This document shows positions 61,979 through 64,000 of a DNA stretch of 64,000 nt, one piece after another (the stretch's first letter is position 1; each line of letters begins with the position of its first letter). Location of the stretch: the NCBI GenBank assembly GCA_003971905.1, contig RSEE01000001.1, forward strand, positions 806,001-870,000. The letters run 5' to 3'. Both the position numbers and the translations under genes were made by a program. The notes under the pieces are model-generated. The model had not been told where the DNA came from. It did no database searches and saw only the letters and a list, made by a program, of their open reading frames with translations. This stretch comes from Moniliella sp. 'wahieum' (Eukaryota).

Positions 61979-63506
61979 ATGAGCTCGAGCGACGCATCAG
62001 CTGCTTTGGCCTCGTTAGAGCAGGCCATTCTTTCCAACCCTACGTGGCCTGCTATCCCTGGGCAGGGCAAGTGGGCTGGCCTGCCCCCGGAGCTCAGACC
62101 AATTTTTGCACAGATGGAGGAGGTCAGCTACGAAGGCTCCATTGGCTGGTGGCTTAACCTCGTCGCCATTGGCGCCATTGGGTTCGACTGGATTGTCTCT
62201 CTCCCTTCTGATATCAAGTTTGTGTTTTGGCCCGAAATCCGCCGCGTCTTTTGCCTTGACAGTACCTCCGAATCGAGGCAAAGGCGGTATCGGCTGCCTC
62301 ATCCCATCATTATCTGCCACTTTTTCTGTCGCATCCTCGTTCCCGCGTATTTTGGCGCGCTGATTAACTACTGGCGCGTTTCCACGTCGTGCGCCTCCGC
62401 CTTACGTGGGCAATTGAGCATGGTGGCCATTCTGACCATCTGTGGTCAGATGCTCTTGACGTTCCGCTCCATGGCCATTACCCGTTCACTTTCTTTCCAC
62501 CGCATTCTCTGGGCCTTCCTCTGGACCTGCAATGTGGCCATTGGTGTTATCTGGTTGTACTTTGCCTTTGACACCACCACTACCACGTACGTCCCCTCTC
62601 CATCATACATACTCTAACCGTCTCTAACTCGCGTATTCATTCAGGTTGCCGAACGTTGAGCCACTTGGCTTTAGGTTTGGTTTCCGGTGCGGCACCCCTC
62701 AATCAAAGCGGTACTTGCCCGTCTGCTTTTACTCCATCACTGTGGTCATGGATACAACGATGTATCTTTCCTCTTTGTTCGTGATTCAAACCACATTTGT
62801 ACAGCCCACTATCACAACCGCTAAGCAACGTTACCCTTTCCTTGCATCCATCCGCTCTGTGGCACGCTACACGTACTGGTGCCTGGTGGGCGTCGACAAG
62901 TCTAGTTTGACCGGAACTTCGGCGGTTGCAGCTACGTTCATTGCCGATGGCGCACGGTATCTCCTCATTGCTTGGGCGTTGGAAACTGTGGGGATTGTGT
63001 TCGCCATTCGCTTTGTCCTCACTCAGGCCCATCCAAATCAGGTCAAGATGGCATGGATGCTCCCCTTCCATGCTATTGTGTATGCCACAATCGTGCCCAA
63101 GGTACGTTCCGGCTTCCAAACTTTTTCTTTCTTGTTTTGAGATACTGATGGCCCACATTCCAACCCATAGACTGTTGTCTCTCTTAAGCGTGTGAGCTGG
63201 ATTGAGCGCATGATTGCTCGTCGGAACATGGACGAACCCTCGGAACCCTTCGAGTCGGAATCGAACGATCCGCGTCGGAACGATGGGGTTGCGATCCGAA
63301 GCGTCGTCCAGCAACATACCGACGTCCACCCCGGTGCTTTTGCCACCTACCGGCCCAACCTGGTCGAAGATATTGTTCGGCAAATCCCCAGCACCGGCGG
63401 GGAGAAAGAGAAGGACTCGCTTGACGGAAATTCTTTCCGGGCTAAGAGCGAGATGCCCTCGGAATCGGCCGAGTACCCTCCTCCCGGCCACGGCATGTTC
63501 TCCTAG
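61979..63506 (+). CDS. Multi-pass fungal membrane protein (DUF6533-like, function unknown)
   Basis: FDWIVSLPSDIKFVFW motif followed by about 6-7 hydrophobic segments; introns ~62587-62645 and from ~63102; acidic soluble tail. Confidence 0.65.
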
Positions 63507-64000
63507 ACCTCACTAGGCCCTTGTTCTGTCGGGGTGCAAACCACTGCCTTCCGTGGGTACGCCTTTTCGACGTTCACCATACCCTCTTCTTTTCTCCCTT
63601 TGCTAGGCTCCCTGCCTGTGTTGGCCCAATACGTTGCTAGTGTTACTTTTTTTGCTTGTTTGCCATTGCTCCTCTTTTGTTTCCTTCCCACCATACTAGT
63701 AGGTTGGTCCCAATTACTGTTTTCCAGCAAGAATGTATCAGAATGTGTCTCCTCTGCTTTCCTCATATCAACGCTATGACTTTTTTCTCCTGTCGTTATG
63801 CCAAAGGGTAAAGCGACAAATGCTCTTTTATTGTGCGTTTTGAGCCACGGTGGGCAGTGCTTTCGGCCAGTGAAAATCAGCGACTTCCAAAAACTGTTGA
63901 CATGCGCAAAAAAATAAGCAGGTATCTGCCGTGCAAAAGTGGATGCGGTTGAGTACTATATAGCCAGGGAGCAGCTATTCACCGCGACATGATGTCGTTC

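Overview
This is GC-rich fungal nuclear DNA, inferred to be a basidiomycete and probably Ustilaginomycotina-like, given compact genes with short GT-AG introns and CTRAC branch points. Nearly every conserved gene carries single-base frameshifts, which points to an unpolished long-read assembly, so CDS coordinates are gene spans rather than exact exon models. Positions 1-52 kb are gene-dense: three Zn2Cys6 transcription factors (one ARO80-like), a CX5R phosphatase, YPT7, SDH2, RPS22 with an intronic snR44-like H/ACA snoRNA, DHR1/ECM16, THO1, a LISK-type kinase, an FLX1-like carrier, DIS3, a Kel1/Tea1 kelch protein, SKN7, RIP1, PEX10, tRNA-Asp and a CPS1-like GT2. A decayed synaptojanin fragment also lies near the start. 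Positions 52-61.7 kb are a retroelement nest: a CRE-like non-LTR relic, a 614-bp TRIM-type miniature LTR element with a target-site duplication, and a full-length Ty1/copia element whose gag and pol are in frame but separated by one UAG. Other highlights are a Pro-to-Met change in the SdhB quinone/SDHI-fungicide site, an Skn7 with a degenerate receiver domain, a hairpin covering the putative branch point of the RPS22 5'-UTR intron, and families of palindromic micro-repeats concentrated in intergenic promoter DNA.
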